A stretch of DNA of 64,000 nucleotides. It comes from Eledone cirrhosa (lineage: Eukaryota). The notes beneath the pieces were generated by a model, which did not search any database, was not told the origin of the DNA, and saw only the letters and a list, made by a program, of their open reading frames with translations. The stretch's first letter is position 1, and each line of letters opens with the position of its first letter. Below, piece after piece: positions 1 to 11,494 of the stretch. The stretch spans positions 363,568,001 through 363,632,000 of the forward strand of contig OZ024743.1 in the NCBI GenBank assembly GCA_964016885.1, written 5' to 3'. The position numbers and the translations under genes were made by a program.

Positions 1-3000
1 GCGCGTGGCCTGAGCTCAGCTTGGAAGCAAGCAAAGCTTCTAAGTGACCTCAGGTCACAAAGTATAGATGTGATGGTTGTTTGCGAGAGTCGGATCAGCA
101 GCGTGAGACAGCTGGCGCCCGCCTTCGATGACTTTGAGATGCACGCATCTCTCTGTCAACCCGGAGGCGGGGGGGGAGTTGCCGTACTGCTGGATAAACG
201 TCTGACTCTCGACGTACAGATTGTTCACTCGGACCCGGGGGGTCGATTACTGGTGCTGGACGTCGGAGGTGGTGAAGGCGGGGCTTTCAGACTGGTCGGT
301 CTTTATGCTCCCTTCGGGGCGGAGAGAGCCGACTTCTTCCAACGTCTGGAGACTTTTCTAGGAACGTCGCGTTCCCTGCTTTTAGTGGGGGACTGGAATG
401 GAATCCTAGATGCGCGTTGGGACTATGCAGGGGCATGTCCCGATAGAGGGGGGTGTAGCAGCCTCAAGGGGTTACTCGATCGATTCGACCTGGTCGATAG
501 ATTTCGACTAGATTGTCCAACTGCGCCAACCTGGACCTGGGCAAACCGCAGTGGACAATCTAGATCGTACCTAGATAGGTTTTTGGTTAGGAGTAAGGAT
601 AGGGACGTATTTAGTTGTCCAGAACTGATCATGGTTGGCTATTCAGATCACAAATTAGTGACCTGCGTGGTCAACCTTGATAGAACGCATAGACAGGGTC
701 CCGGTTACTGGAAGATGAACTTGTCCTTACCGACAAAGAAAGATTACAGAAACCGGATTAGTAGATTAGTTAAGATGCGGTTGACGGGAGCGATCGTCAA
801 CAGTAGGTGGTGGATATCTCTAAAGAGAGAGATTAGAGTAAGTTCGATAGGTTACAGTAAGGAACTAGCGGCGAATAGAAATAGGAGGGAAAGGGAGTTA
901 ACAGATAAACTAGAAGAGGCGATTAGGAGCGGAGACGTAGCCAGAGTGTTAGCGACGAGAACGGCATTGAGCCAGTTCTTTGACGCGAAGCACGAAGGCT
1001 GCGTTGTCCGAAGTAAAATACGTGCTTTAGGAAACGAGGGGACCAAAGCTGTTAGCTGGGCCCGCGTGACAGAAGCCAAGAGTGGGATTAAATCCACCAT
1101 TCGGTCTTTGCGAGACCAGGATGGACGGGTGATCCTTGAACCTGAGCGAATGTGCGAGACCTTTCAAAGGCACTTTGCTCGACTGTTCGGAGGTGGCGGG
1201 GGGCCGGACGGGGATGTGGACTTCGGTCCATACCTCGACGGTCTACCGCGTCTTTCGAGCGGCGAAGCGGAGTGCTGCGAAGGGCCAATCACAGCCACTG
1301 AAATCGGGGAAGCGCTCAGCCAATGCAGCAGACGCAAATCCCCGGGTCTCGATGGTCTACCATACGAACTTTATTTAGCTATGCCGGTCTTGTTCTCCGA
1401 ACTCCTCGAGGCTGTCTATTGCAACTGGCAACAGAACGGGAGAATTCCCTGTTCTGTGACCAAGGGCGTGGTCACGCTAGTGAGGAAGGACGAGAGCAAG
1501 GGGGACGACTTAAGTAACTTTAGGCCCATAACTCTGCTGAATGCAGAGTTACAGATTTTGGCCAAGGTGTTGACGAAGAGGTTGGCGCTTGTGGTGGGTG
1601 GTTTGGTGGGAGACGCGCAGACATGCGCTATCCCGTCCAGGTCCATTCACGACAACCTCCACCTCATGCGATACATCATAGAGAGGGTTGGCTACGAACC
1701 CGGCTTTGGTGGGGCCCTGATCAACTTGGATCAATCTAAGGCGTTCGATAGGGTCGACCATGGTTACCTGGATGCGGTGCTAGCGGCGGCGGGCTTCGGA
1801 CCCGTTTTCAGGGGCTGGATTTCTGCCATGCACAGTGGCAACATCTACTCTAGGATTAAAGTAAACGGCTACCTCTCGGAGCCGTTTCAAATCACCCGAT
1901 CCATCAGACAGGGGTGCCCCCTCTCCTCCCTTCTGTACGTATTGACTCTCGAGCCACTGCTGCGGAAGTTGGAGTTGCTGCGGGGCATACCCCTGGAACC
2001 GGGATTGCACAAAGCGGTCTCGGCCTATGCCGACGACGTAACAGTAATGGTGGCGGACGCCTCGGAAATCGGGGCGATCGCCACCCTACTGGAGGAATAC
2101 GAAAGGCTGACGGGGGCTAAGCTGAACCAGGACAAGTCAGTCGGTTTGCAACTCGGAACGTGGAGGGGCAAACCGATGCCGTTAGACGGTGTCGTCGGGC
2201 GGTGGACGGAGGGCCCGGTGAAGCTGCTCGGGGTCTGGTTCGGACCGGACCTCCAGGTGGAGAAGAATTGGGGCGAGGTGACGAGCAGGGTGTTTGCGCT
2301 GACCCAGAAGTGGGCCAAGTGCAAACTATCACTGAAAGGTCGGGCGGAGGTGACGAACGCTTACATAGCGTCCGTCATCTACTACCGCCTGACCGTCGTG
2401 CCTTGCCCCAAGGAAAAGCTCACCATCATGGAACGCATGCTCTTCCAGTTCCTCTGGAAGAAGCGGCCTCCCATGGTGAGGAGATCCATCTGCTGCCAGC
2501 ACCCTTCGAAAGGAGGGCTGGGTATGCCGTGGCTGTTGATGCGTAGGCACGCATTGAGGCTACGGCATCTACAGGTATTCCTCAACGGTCAGCCGGTGTG
2601 GGCCCCGTTTGTGAGGCGAGCCTTCCCACAGCTCGTCTCGCTCACCGAACTGCAATCCTGGGTGAAGCAAAGACCGAGAAAACTGGGCAACTGGCACACT
2701 GAGTGTGCCCAGGCGCTCACGGCTATCTGGCAAGCGGACCCGACTGTCAGTGGAGAATCCACCTCGACATTCTATAGAGGGTTGGTGGCTAGCAGGGGCG
2801 ACGACACCCTTGGAGAGTCGCTAGGCATGGAGGAGGACGAACTGGCCAGCCTGTTCGGTAGAACTTTCGGCCCGGGACCCATGGACAACTTCCAGAGGTC
2901 CCTAGCCTGGCAGTGTTACCGGGGGGCTCTGCCCGTTCGAGAAAAGCTCTACAGACACGGGCGCCCGGGCAGGGATCCCGCGAGAAAGATCTGTCCCAGA

Positions 3001-3640
3001 TGCGTGCGCGACGAGGAAACCGTTGCGCATGCACTGGTACACTGCCCGGGCGTTGCCGATCTGTGGGGCTACGTCGAACGACTGCTGTCGCGTGTGGCGC
3101 CGATTCGATTAACCGCCGAGTCTGTGGTGAACATCAAGCCGCCTCCTCCCTTCAGAAATGAAGCAGAGGCGGTCTTTCTGTGCGTAATAGCCATGATGAA
3201 AGAGGTTGTGTGGTGGACGCGCCTGAAAGGTCTGAGGTCGGGTGACTTTCTCTCCGGCCATCACCTGGTTTACTTCTTCCGATACCACTTCGGAAGAAGA
3301 ATCAGGATGGAGAGAGAAGTGCTTGGTCCCAGACAGTTTTATGAAAGGTGGGTGAAAGAAGCGAGAATGGCCCGTGTAAATGGGCCTTCTCTCTACATTG
3401 TTCTGTAGGTGAAGAAGTGAAGAGGAAAGGGGGAGCGCCTCCTCTCTGGGCTTCCCCCGCGAAAAGAGTTGCACACTTTTCGGGGGTATGTGCAATCCCC
3501 AACACGCCCCCTCCCTTTTGAGGACTTTTTATTGTTATATTATTATTGTTATTCCTTTTTTCTTTACTCGATTTATGTAAACTCCCCCACTGTGTAAATG
3601 TCCCCTTCTTTTGTGCCCTCGTGGCAAATAAATAGAAATT
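1..3640 (+). mobile_element. Tx1-group (L1 clade) non-LTR retrotransposon, copy A; 5' part lies outside the window
   Basis: Open APE-RT ORF2, then a 3' UTR with AATAAA (3627-3632) ending in (TATC)3. Nearly identical to 5726-9326. Confidence 0.93.
70..3408 (+). CDS. Tx1-like ORF2: AP endonuclease + reverse transcriptase + C-terminal Cys/His motif; reading frame is open from the window edge
   Basis: APE motifs GDWN, SYLDRFL, SDH; RT motifs KSPGLDG, FRPITLL, DQSKAFDRV, RQGCPLS, AYADD; C-terminal CPRC...ETVAHALVHC. No stops over 1112 aa. Confidence 0.95.
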   Translation: MMVVCESRISSVRQLAPAFDDFEMHASLCQPGGGGGVAVLLDKRLTLDVQIVHSDPGGRLLVLDVGGGEGGAFRLVGLYAPFGAERADFFQRLETFLGTSRSLLLVGDWNGILDARWDYAGACPDRGGCSSLKGLLDRFDLVDRFRLDCPTAPTWTWANRSGQSRSYLDRFLVRSKDRDVFSCPELIMVGYSDHKLVTCVVNLDRTHRQGPGYWKMNLSLPTKKDYRNRISRLVKMRLTGAIVNSRWWISLKREIRVSSIGYSKELAANRNRRERELTDKLEEAIRSGDVARVLATRTALSQFFDAKHEGCVVRSKIRALGNEGTKAVSWARVTEAKSGIKSTIRSLRDQDGRVILEPERMCETFQRHFARLFGGGGGPDGDVDFGPYLDGLPRLSSGEAECCEGPITATEIGEALSQCSRRKSPGLDGLPYELYLAMPVLFSELLEAVYCNWQQNGRIPCSVTKGVVTLVRKDESKGDDLSNFRPITLLNAELQILAKVLTKRLALVVGGLVGDAQTCAIPSRSIHDNLHLMRYIIERVGYEPGFGGALINLDQSKAFDRVDHGYLDAVLAAAGFGPVFRGWISAMHSGNIYSRIKVNGYLSEPFQITRSIRQGCPLSSLLYVLTLEPLLRKLELLRGIPLEPGLHKAVSAYADDVTVMVADASEIGAIATLLEEYERLTGAKLNQDKSVGLQLGTWRGKPMPLDGVVGRWTEGPVKLLGVWFGPDLQVEKNWGEVTSRVFALTQKWAKCKLSLKGRAEVTNAYIASVIYYRLTVVPCPKEKLTIMERMLFQFLWKKRPPMVRRSICCQHPSKGGLGMPWLLMRRHALRLRHLQVFLNGQPVWAPFVRRAFPQLVSLTELQSWVKQRPRKLGNWHTECAQALTAIWQADPTVSGESTSTFYRGLVASRGDDTLGESLGMEEDELASLFGRTFGPGPMDNFQRSLAWQCYRGALPVREKLYRHGRPGRDPARKICPRCVRDEETVAHALVHCPGVADLWGYVERLLSRVAPIRLTAESVVNIKPPPPFRNEAEAVFLCVIAMMKEVVWWTRLKGLRSGDFLSGHHLVYFFRYHFGRRIRMEREVLGPRQFYERWVKEARMARVNGPSLYIVL

Positions 3641-3653
3641 TATCTATCTATCT
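3641..3653 (+). repeat. (TATC)3 spacer between Tx1 copies A and B
   Basis: tatctatctatct lies directly between the 3' end of copy A and the 5' UTR of copy B. Confidence 0.9.
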
Positions 3654-3855
3654 TGATAGAGTAAGACACGCTTCACATCGGCTCCGCTATTCCATCGGGA
3701 TTTACCCTTACTATTGTAAGTACCGGATAAATTTTTCAGTGCAACACATTTGGAACACTAACCCCTGTTATTTAGGGAAACATTTTTGCATTTACCCCCT
3801 TTTTAGGGGGTAAAATAAATATCTATTTTTGCCGAAAAATTTCTTTCTTGGCAGC

Positions 3856-5115
3856 ATGGCGGAAAAGATGGCAGACATGTCTGCCATTAGCTCTGCCACG
3901 CCCCCCAAGTCTGAAGAACAAAAAATAATTACAACAAAATTAGACAATGAAACAAACAAAGAAAATGAAAAAACAAATGTTAAGGAAAATGAGCAAACGG
4001 AAAACAAACAAACAGAAAATAATACAAATAACAACAGGGCAACTTTCGCCCAGAAAACAAAACAATCCATTACATACACACCAATTGACCTAACTGCCGC
4101 CAGAGAAAAACTGGCCGAAGCAAAGAAACACATTGTTTTGGGGGAGAACGGAATGTTTTCCATTAACTCTCCCCCCCCCCCCCCAGAATTCAAGAAAGAA
4201 AGAACAGAGAACACAGTTCTCTTCAGAACTATACTGAACCAGACAAGAAAGCCAGCACAGCCCAGCCAAATGGAAATAGAGTTAGTCCTAAAAGACTATA
4301 TGAAGAATATTCTCTTCATACGAAAGGACCGACTCCATGGCAGCATTTCGGTCCTAACAAGAGACAAGGAAACGGCGGAGAAGCTTTCCCTAAGCCCACA
4401 CTCATCGACAACATACAGCTTCTATCCCTCCTACATGGGTAGAAGAACACAGAGAGTAAAAGTAAAAACAATGCTGCCCACAATGGACTTCTGGTGGGCT
4501 ATTGCTGGCTTTATAGACATGGGCGAAGACACAATGCTGTCAATGGGGAAGGCAACTGGAGATGCGTTCCTGGGAATGGGCCTCGACATACTAGTCCAAA
4601 TGAGGCCCGAAAGAATAGCACAAATCCCGGATCGCATCTGGCTGGATGACCTTACCCCAATAGACATAATTGTAGAGGGGAGAAGACCAGCATGCTATTT
4701 ATGCATGGAAAGGGGACACGTTAAGGCTAACTGCCCGAAACGTATCCCCCAAAAAGGACTATTGCCCACACCCACCGAAAACAGTACACCAACACCACCC
4801 ACCTCCAAAAATACACTAATACCACACACAGCAAACAAAATACAGACACCACCAACCACAAACACAACACAAACATCACCACCACCAGCACCAAACACAA
4901 GCACGACACAAAAATCACCACCACCAACCACAACACAAACATCGCCACCACCATCACCAACCACAAGCACGACACAAACATTACCACCACCACCACAAAA
5001 CCCATTCCAAACAAATAATAAAAAAAACAGTAACAAATCTACCCCTCCCGCAAAAAAAAACAACCACACAACACGTCCCTCCCACCTAGCGCTGAAGAGT
5101 TTCCCCAACTTCTGA
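3856..5115 (+). CDS. Tx1 ORF1 (gag-like nucleic-acid chaperone) with a CCHC zinc knuckle and a Pro/Thr-rich tail; probably continues in another frame to about 5551
   Basis: ATG at 3856; CYLCMERGHVKANC fits CX2CX4HX4C; ORF lies upstream of the APE-RT ORF; A-runs near 5020-5060 are a likely frameshift site. Confidence 0.8.
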   Translation: MAEKMADMSAISSATPPKSEEQKIITTKLDNETNKENEKTNVKENEQTENKQTENNTNNNRATFAQKTKQSITYTPIDLTAAREKLAEAKKHIVLGENGMFSINSPPPPPEFKKERTENTVLFRTILNQTRKPAQPSQMEIELVLKDYMKNILFIRKDRLHGSISVLTRDKETAEKLSLSPHSSTTYSFYPSYMGRRTQRVKVKTMLPTMDFWWAIAGFIDMGEDTMLSMGKATGDAFLGMGLDILVQMRPERIAQIPDRIWLDDLTPIDIIVEGRRPACYLCMERGHVKANCPKRIPQKGLLPTPTENSTPTPPTSKNTLIPHTANKIQTPPTTNTTQTSPPPAPNTSTTQKSPPPTTTQTSPPPSPTTSTTQTLPPPPQNPFQTNNKKNSNKSTPPAKKNNHTTRPSHLALKSFPNF

Positions 5116-5695
5116 AGAAGAAGGAGGAGAAGCCTTCAGACAAGTTAAAAGAAAAAAAAGAAAACACACACCCAGCACACCACAAATAACCCACACACAA
5201 ACACCAACTCCAATCAAAAACACCCCACCCTCAACAAACAAAAATAAATCTGCGCCTCCCCTCTCCGAAACATTGACAGCATCACAAAAAAAGACGTTGC
5301 AATACACATATATAAATAAAGAAAACAAAAAACTGGTTAAATTAATAAACAATAACCCTATGGTGCAGACCGAAGGGCCAAACTTTATCTCAACAGAGAA
5401 CTTCACCCATTTAAAAATGATAAAGGTCCCTCTGGACCTTTATCGTTCCTTAAAAGAACAATTTAGACGGGACGTGAGCCCCCCCCCCCTGTTTAAAACC
5501 GTTGAATCGCGTCCTCTTGAAAGATTTCCCCATAACCGCCCCTCTCCCTGACACAACTCCAAATACCCCAACCCCACCACACACGTGTACCCCCACACCA
5601 CCACAAAACATCCCTCCACCCAACACACCTGATGCCATGGAAATTACGCAACCCGGAGAGGTAGGTGCTTTTCTTTCTTCACTTTCAACACCAAA

Positions 5696-8600
5696 ATAGA
5701 TCAATTGAGAGTTGGCTGTTTGAACGCGCGTGGCCTGGGCTCAGCTTGGAAGCAAGCAAAGCTTCTAAGTGACCTCAGGTCACAAAGTATAGATGTGATG
5801 GTTGTTTGCAAGAGTCGGATCAGCAGCGTGAGACACCTGGCGCCCGCCTTCGATGACTTTGAGATGCACGCATCTCTCTGTCAACCCGGAGGCGGGGGGG
5901 GGGGAGTTGCCGTACTGCTGGATAAACGTCTGACTCTCGACGTACAGATTGTTCACTCGGACCCGGGGGGTCGATTACTGGTGCTGGACGTCGGAGGCGG
6001 TGAAGGCGGGGCTTTCAGACTGGTCGGTCTTTATGCTCCCTTCGGGGCGGAAAGAGCCGACTTCTTCCAGCGTCTGGAGACTTTTCTAGGAACGTCGCGT
6101 TCCCTGCTTTTAGTGGGGGACTGGAATGGAATCCTAGATGCGCGTTGGGACTATGCAGGGGCATGTCCCGATAGAGGGGGTGTAGCAGCCTCAAGGGGTT
6201 ACTCGATCGATTCGACCTGGTCGATAGATTTCGACTAGATTGTCCAACTGCGCCAACCTGGACCTGGGCAAACCGCAGTGGACAATCTAGAACGTACCTA
6301 GATAGGTTTTTGGTTAGGAGTAAGGATAGGGACGTATTTAGTTGTCCAGAACTGATCATGGTTGGCTATTCAGATCACAGGGTCCCGGTTACTGGAAGAT
6401 GAACTTGTCCTTGCCGACAAAGAAAGATTACAGAAACCGGATTAGTAGCTTAGTTAAGATGCGGTTGACGGGAGCGATCGTCAACAGTAGGTGGTGGGTA
6501 TCTCTAAAGAGAGAGATTAGAGTAAGTTCGATAGGTTACAGTAAGGAACTAGCGGCGAATAGAAATAGGAAGGAAAGGGAGTTAACAGATAAACTAGAAG
6601 AGGCGATTAGGAGCGAAGACGTAGCCAGAGTGTTAGCGGCGAGAACGGCGTTGAGCCAGTTCTTTGACGCGAAGCACGAAGGCTGCGTTGTCCGAAGTAA
6701 AATACGTGCTTTAGGAAACGAGGGGACCAAAGCTGTTAGCTGGGCCCGCGTGACAGAAGCCAAGAGTGGGATTAAATCCACCATTCGGTCTTTGCGAAAC
6801 CAGGATGGACGGGTGATCCTTGAACCTGAGCGAATGTGCGAGGCCTTTCAAAGGCACTTTGCTCGACTGTTCGGAGGTGGCGGGGGGCCGGACGGGGATG
6901 TGGACTTCGGTCCATACCTCGACGGTCTACCGCGTCTTTCGAGCGGCGAAGCAGATGCTGCGAAAGGCCAATCACAGCCACTGAAATCAGGGAAGCGCTC
7001 AGCCAATGCAGCAGACGCAAATCCCCGGGTCTCGATGGTCTACCATACGAACTTTATTTAGCTATGCCGGTCTTGTTCTCCGAACTCCTCGAGGCTGTCT
7101 ATTGCAACTGGCAACAGAACGGGAGAATTCCCTGTTCTGTGACCAAGGGCGTGGTCACGCTAGTGAGGAAGGACGAGAGCAAGGGGGACGACTTAAGTAA
7201 CTTTAGGCCCATAACTCTGCTGAATGCAGAGTTACAGATTTTGGCCAAGGTGTTGGCGAAGAGGTTGGCGCTTGTGGTGGGTGGTTTGGTGGGAGACGCG
7301 CAGACATGCGCTATCCCGTCCAGGTCCATTCACGACAACCTCCACCTCATGCGATACATCATAGAGAGGGTTGGCTACGAACCCGGCTTTGGTGGGGCCC
7401 TGATCAACTTGGATCAATCTAAGGCGTTCGGTAGGGTCGACCATGGTTACCTGGATGCGGTGCTAGCGGCGGCGGGCTTCAGACCCGTTTTCAGGGGCTG
7501 GATTTCTGCCATGCACAGTGGCAACATCTACTCTAGGATTAAAGTAAACGGCTACCTCTCGGAGCCGTTTCAAATCACCCGGTCCATCAGACAGGGGTGC
7601 CCCTCTCCTTCCTTCTGTACGTATTGACTCTCGAGCCACTGCTGCGGAAGTTGGAGTTGCTGCGGGGCATACCCCTGGAACCGGGATTGCACAAAGCGGT
7701 CTCGGCCTATGCCGACGACGTAACAGTAATGGTGGCGGACGCCTCGGAAATCGGGGCGATCGCCACCCTACTGGAGGAATACGAAAGGCTGACGGGGGCT
7801 AGGCTGAACCAAGACAAGTCAGTCGGTTTGCAACTCGGAACGTGGAGGGGCAAACCGATGCCGTTAGACGGTGTCGTCGGGCGGTGGACGGAGGGCCCGG
7901 TGAAGCTGCTCGGGGTCTGGTTCGGACCGGACCTCCAGGTGGAGAAGAATTGGAACGAGGTGACGAGCAGGGTGTTTGCGCTGACCCAGAAGTGGGCCAA
8001 GTGCAAACTATCACTGAAAGGTCGGGCGGAGGTGACGAGCGCTTACATAGCGTCCGTCATCTACTACCGCCTGACCGTCGTGCCTTGCCCCAAGGAAAAG
8101 CTCACCATCATGGAACGCATGCTCTTCCAGTTCCTCTGGAAGAAGCGGCCTCCCATGGTGAGGAGATCCATCTGCTGCCAGCACCCTTCGAAAGGAGGGC
8201 TGGGTATGCCGTGGCTGTTGATGCGTAGGCAAGCATTGAGGCTACGGCATCTACAGGTATTCCTCAACGGTCAGCCGGTGTGGGCCCCGTTTGTGAGGCG
8301 AGCCTTCCCACAGCTCGTCTCGCTCACCGAACTGCAATCCTGGGTGAAGCAAAGACCGAGAAAACTGGGCAACTGGCACACCGAGTGTGCCCAGGCGCTC
8401 ACGGCTATCTGGCAAGCGGACCCCACTATCAGTGGAGAATCCACCTCGACATTCTATAGAGGGTTGGTGGCTAGCAAGGGCGACGACACCCTTGGAGAGT
8501 CGCTAGGCATGGAGGAGGACGAACTGGCCAGCCTGTTCGGTAGAACTTTCGGCCCGGGACCCATGGACAACTTCCAGAGGTCCCTAGCCAGCCTGGCAGT

Positions 8601-9094
8601 GTTACCGAGGGGCTCTGCCCGTTCGAGAAAAGCTCTACAGACACGGGCGCCCGGGCAGGGATCCCGCGAAAAAGATCTGCCCCAGATGCGTGCGCGACGA
8701 GGAAACCGTTGCGCATGCACTGGTACACTGCCCGGGCGTTGCCGATCTGTGGGGCTACGTCGAACGACTGCTGTCGCGTGTGGCGCCGATTCGATTAACC
8801 GCCGAGTCTGTGGTGAACATCAAGCCGCCTCCTCCCTTCAGAAATGAAGCAGAGGCGGTCTTTCTGTGCGTAATAGCCATGATGAAAGAGGTTGTGTGGT
8901 GGACGCGCCTGAAAGGTCTGAGGTCGGGTGACTTTCTCTCCGGCCATCACCTGGTTTACTTCTTCCGATACCACTTCGGAAGAAGGATCAGGATGGAGAG
9001 AGAAGTGCTTGGCCCCAGACAGTTTTATGAAAGGTGGGTGAAAGAAGCGAGAATGGCCCGTGTAAATGGGCCTTCTCTCTACATTGTTCTGTAG
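5696..9094 (+). pseudogene. ORF2 of Tx1 copy B, disrupted by indels
   Basis: Fragments 5705-6238, 6342-7061, 6836-7627, 7597-8847 and 8690-9094 tile ORF2 of copy A. There is a 43-bp deletion at about 6380 (ACA microhomology), a 4-bp duplication at about 8588 and several small indels. Confidence 0.9.
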
Positions 9095-9325
9095 GTGAAG
9101 AAGTGAAGAGGAAAGGGGGAGCGCCTCCTCTCTGGGCTTCCCCCGCGAAAAGAGTTGCACACTTTTCGGGGGTATGTGCAATCCCCAACACGCCCCCTCC
9201 CTTTTGAGGACTTTTTATTGTTATATTATTATTGTTATTCCTTTTTTCTTTACTCGATTTATGTAAACTCCCCCACTGTGTAAATGTCCCCTTCTTTTGT
9301 GCCCTTGTGGCAAATAAATAGAAAT

Positions 9326-9326
<1 letters not shown>

Positions 9327-9366
<40 letters not shown>
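9327..9366 (+). repeat. (TATC)10 at the 3' end of Tx1 copy B
   Basis: Direct reading of the sequence. Confidence 0.95.
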
Positions 9367-10281
9367 CAAGCGGAAACGGCAACCAGCAGAGACTCCACTT
9401 CGACATTCTATAGGGGATTAGTGGAGGATAAGTGCGACGACGTTCTCGGGGAAACTCTAGGCATCGAGGAAGACAAACTGACTAGTCTGTTCGGGAGGAC
9501 TTTCCGTCCAGGGCCTATGGATAACTTCCAGAGGTCTCTGGCCTGGCAGTGCTACCGAGGAGCTCTACCAGTTCGAGACAAAATCTACAGGAACGGACGC
9601 CCTGGCAGAGATTCTGCCAAAAGGACGTGTCCAAGATGCGAGCAGGACATCGAAACCGTTCTGCACGCAATTGTTCAGTGCCCAGGGGTGACCGACCTGT
9701 GGAATTATGTCGAACAGCTGCTGTCATGTGTAGGACGCATCCAGTTGTCAGCTGAGTCCATCGTGAGGATCCCTTCGCCGATTTCATTTAAGAATGAAGG
9801 AGAGGAGGTCTTCCTCTGTCTGGTGGCTATGGTGAAAGAGGTAATATAGTGGACGAGGTTAAAAGGGCTGGGGGCAAGCACCTTTCTCTCCGGACAACAA
9901 CTCATCCCCTTCTTTAAGTACCACTTCAGAAGGAAGGTGAGAGTGGAGATAGAGTAAATTCGCTGAAAAGTGGAAGAATGTGGCGAAAATAGCCCGGGTG
10001 AATGGGCCTTCTCTGTATATAAACCTGTGGGTTGAGGAAGATAAACAGAGGAAAGACGGGAAGACCTACAAAACGTGTTCCTGGTGTTGAGGGTTGTTCT
10101 ATCCACGGGGTGTAAAACAACCCCGCAGTAGCGTTACCCAGCCCCCCTAATGGGGATTTCAATTGTTTTATTTTTATATAGTTTATTGTTATTTTTCATT
10201 GTTAAAGAGTTTATGTAAAATCCCCGCTGTCACGTCTTGTAATGTACCATTTTTGTACGCCCCTGTGGCAAATAAAGAAAG
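9367..10281 (+). mobile_element. Older, diverged, 5'-truncated Tx1 subfamily copy C (ORF2 C-terminus + 3' UTR), followed by degenerate (TATC)n to about 10390
   Basis: ORF 9421-9849 aligns with the ORF2 C-terminus (MDNFQRSLAWQCYRGALPVR, CPRC...ETVLHAIVQC) but has stops; 3' end GTGGCAAATAAAGAAAGA followed by TATC repeats. Confidence 0.9.
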
Positions 10282-10442
10282 ATATCTATCTATTTATCTA
10301 TATAGCTATCTATATATCTATATATCTATCTATAAATCTATCAATTTATCTATCTAACTGTCAGTCTATCTATCCATCTATCTATCTTTCTGTCTCTAGA
10401 TAAGATATATGTATGTGTGCATGTGTATGCGTGGTGTGGTGT

Positions 10443-10528
<86 letters not shown>

Positions 10529-11196
10529 CACATACACGCATAAATACATACAGGCCTGGACGCTTGAATAAATGCGGTGACCGAATGAAACAATAACGAT
10601 TAAGAGAAAGAAAGCGTTCACAACGGACTAATTAGCGTAAGAGTTGAAATCTGTGACCATGTGTATGAGATTGAGGTACGGACAGGTAGAGTGAATCAGG
10701 TGAAGTGTGAGAATTGGACGAGGGGGATGTGTGTCAATAAAATGAGTGAGGTGAGAGAGGTGAGTGAAGTGTGCAATGTGAGATGTGAGTGAATGGGGTG
10801 TTATCAGGTGGAAAGTTGGAAGAAGAATTAACATTACACTATATATTATATACTATATACTAAATCAGTTCAATAGCTTTCATATGGATGAATTATCATG
10901 ATGATATCAAATGATATCGCCAACTCTCCGTCTCCACTCTATTTCTCACACAAACACATCCCCCAATAGCTCTGCTTTTCTTCTGGATCATCGTTTCATG
11001 CTCTAACTGTATTTAACAGTTTGCTCTGTGCTTTCGTAAAATATCCCTATCGATGTGTGATGGTGGGGTAGGAGGATGGGAGGGACGGTAGGAGATTCAT
11101 GATATTTGCTTACTTACATGCACCAACATTTTTTTTTTGTTTCTGCCACTGGACGTCACCTCAATCTTTCTATTTCTTCTTTAGTTTTGCAATCTA

Positions 11197-11232
11197 TTTT
11201 CTGATGAAGGACTAGCGTCCAAAACGTTAATA
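11197..11232 (+). ncRNA. Minimal hammerhead ribozyme motif of PLE pseudo-LTR type, G12 mutated
   Basis: CTGATGA-a-GGAC-tagc-GTCC-aAAACGTT; same family as the copy at 60791, which retains GAAA. Confidence 0.6.
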
Positions 11233-11320
11233 CTCTGTTCCTACTATATCAAGCGTAAAACTAATAATATATTTCTTCACTGTACTGTGTCGTTTGCTTT
11301 TTTATTTCTGTTTGCCTTTT

Positions 11321-11411
<91 letters not shown>

Positions 11412-11494
11412 GTGTGTGTGTTATATATATATATATATGTGTATGTGTGTGTGCGCGCGTGTGTGTGTCTGTGTGTGTGTGAGCGTGCGTGTGT

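Larger units (their letters stand above)
3654..9326 (+). mobile_element. Tx1-group LINE copy B, apparently full length (5' UTR, ORF1, ORF2, 3' UTR), about 5.7 kb
   Basis: Zinc-knuckle ORF1 followed by an ORF2 nearly identical to copy A; same 3' UTR; flanked by (TATC)n on both sides. Confidence 0.92.

Noticed and set aside
5660-5699. Possible mini-intron fusing the upstream ORF to Tx1 ORF2
   Set aside because: Only 35-39 nt; the better donor (GTAGGT) gives an immediate stop and the in-frame donor is weak.
5705-9094. Programmed frameshifting in ORF2 of copy B
   Set aside because: Copy A is open across the same positions, so the indels are decay or sequencing errors.
423-9191. Overlapping and antisense ORFs within the Tx1 copies
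   Set aside because: Shadow ORFs of GC-rich coding sequence with no recognisable motifs.
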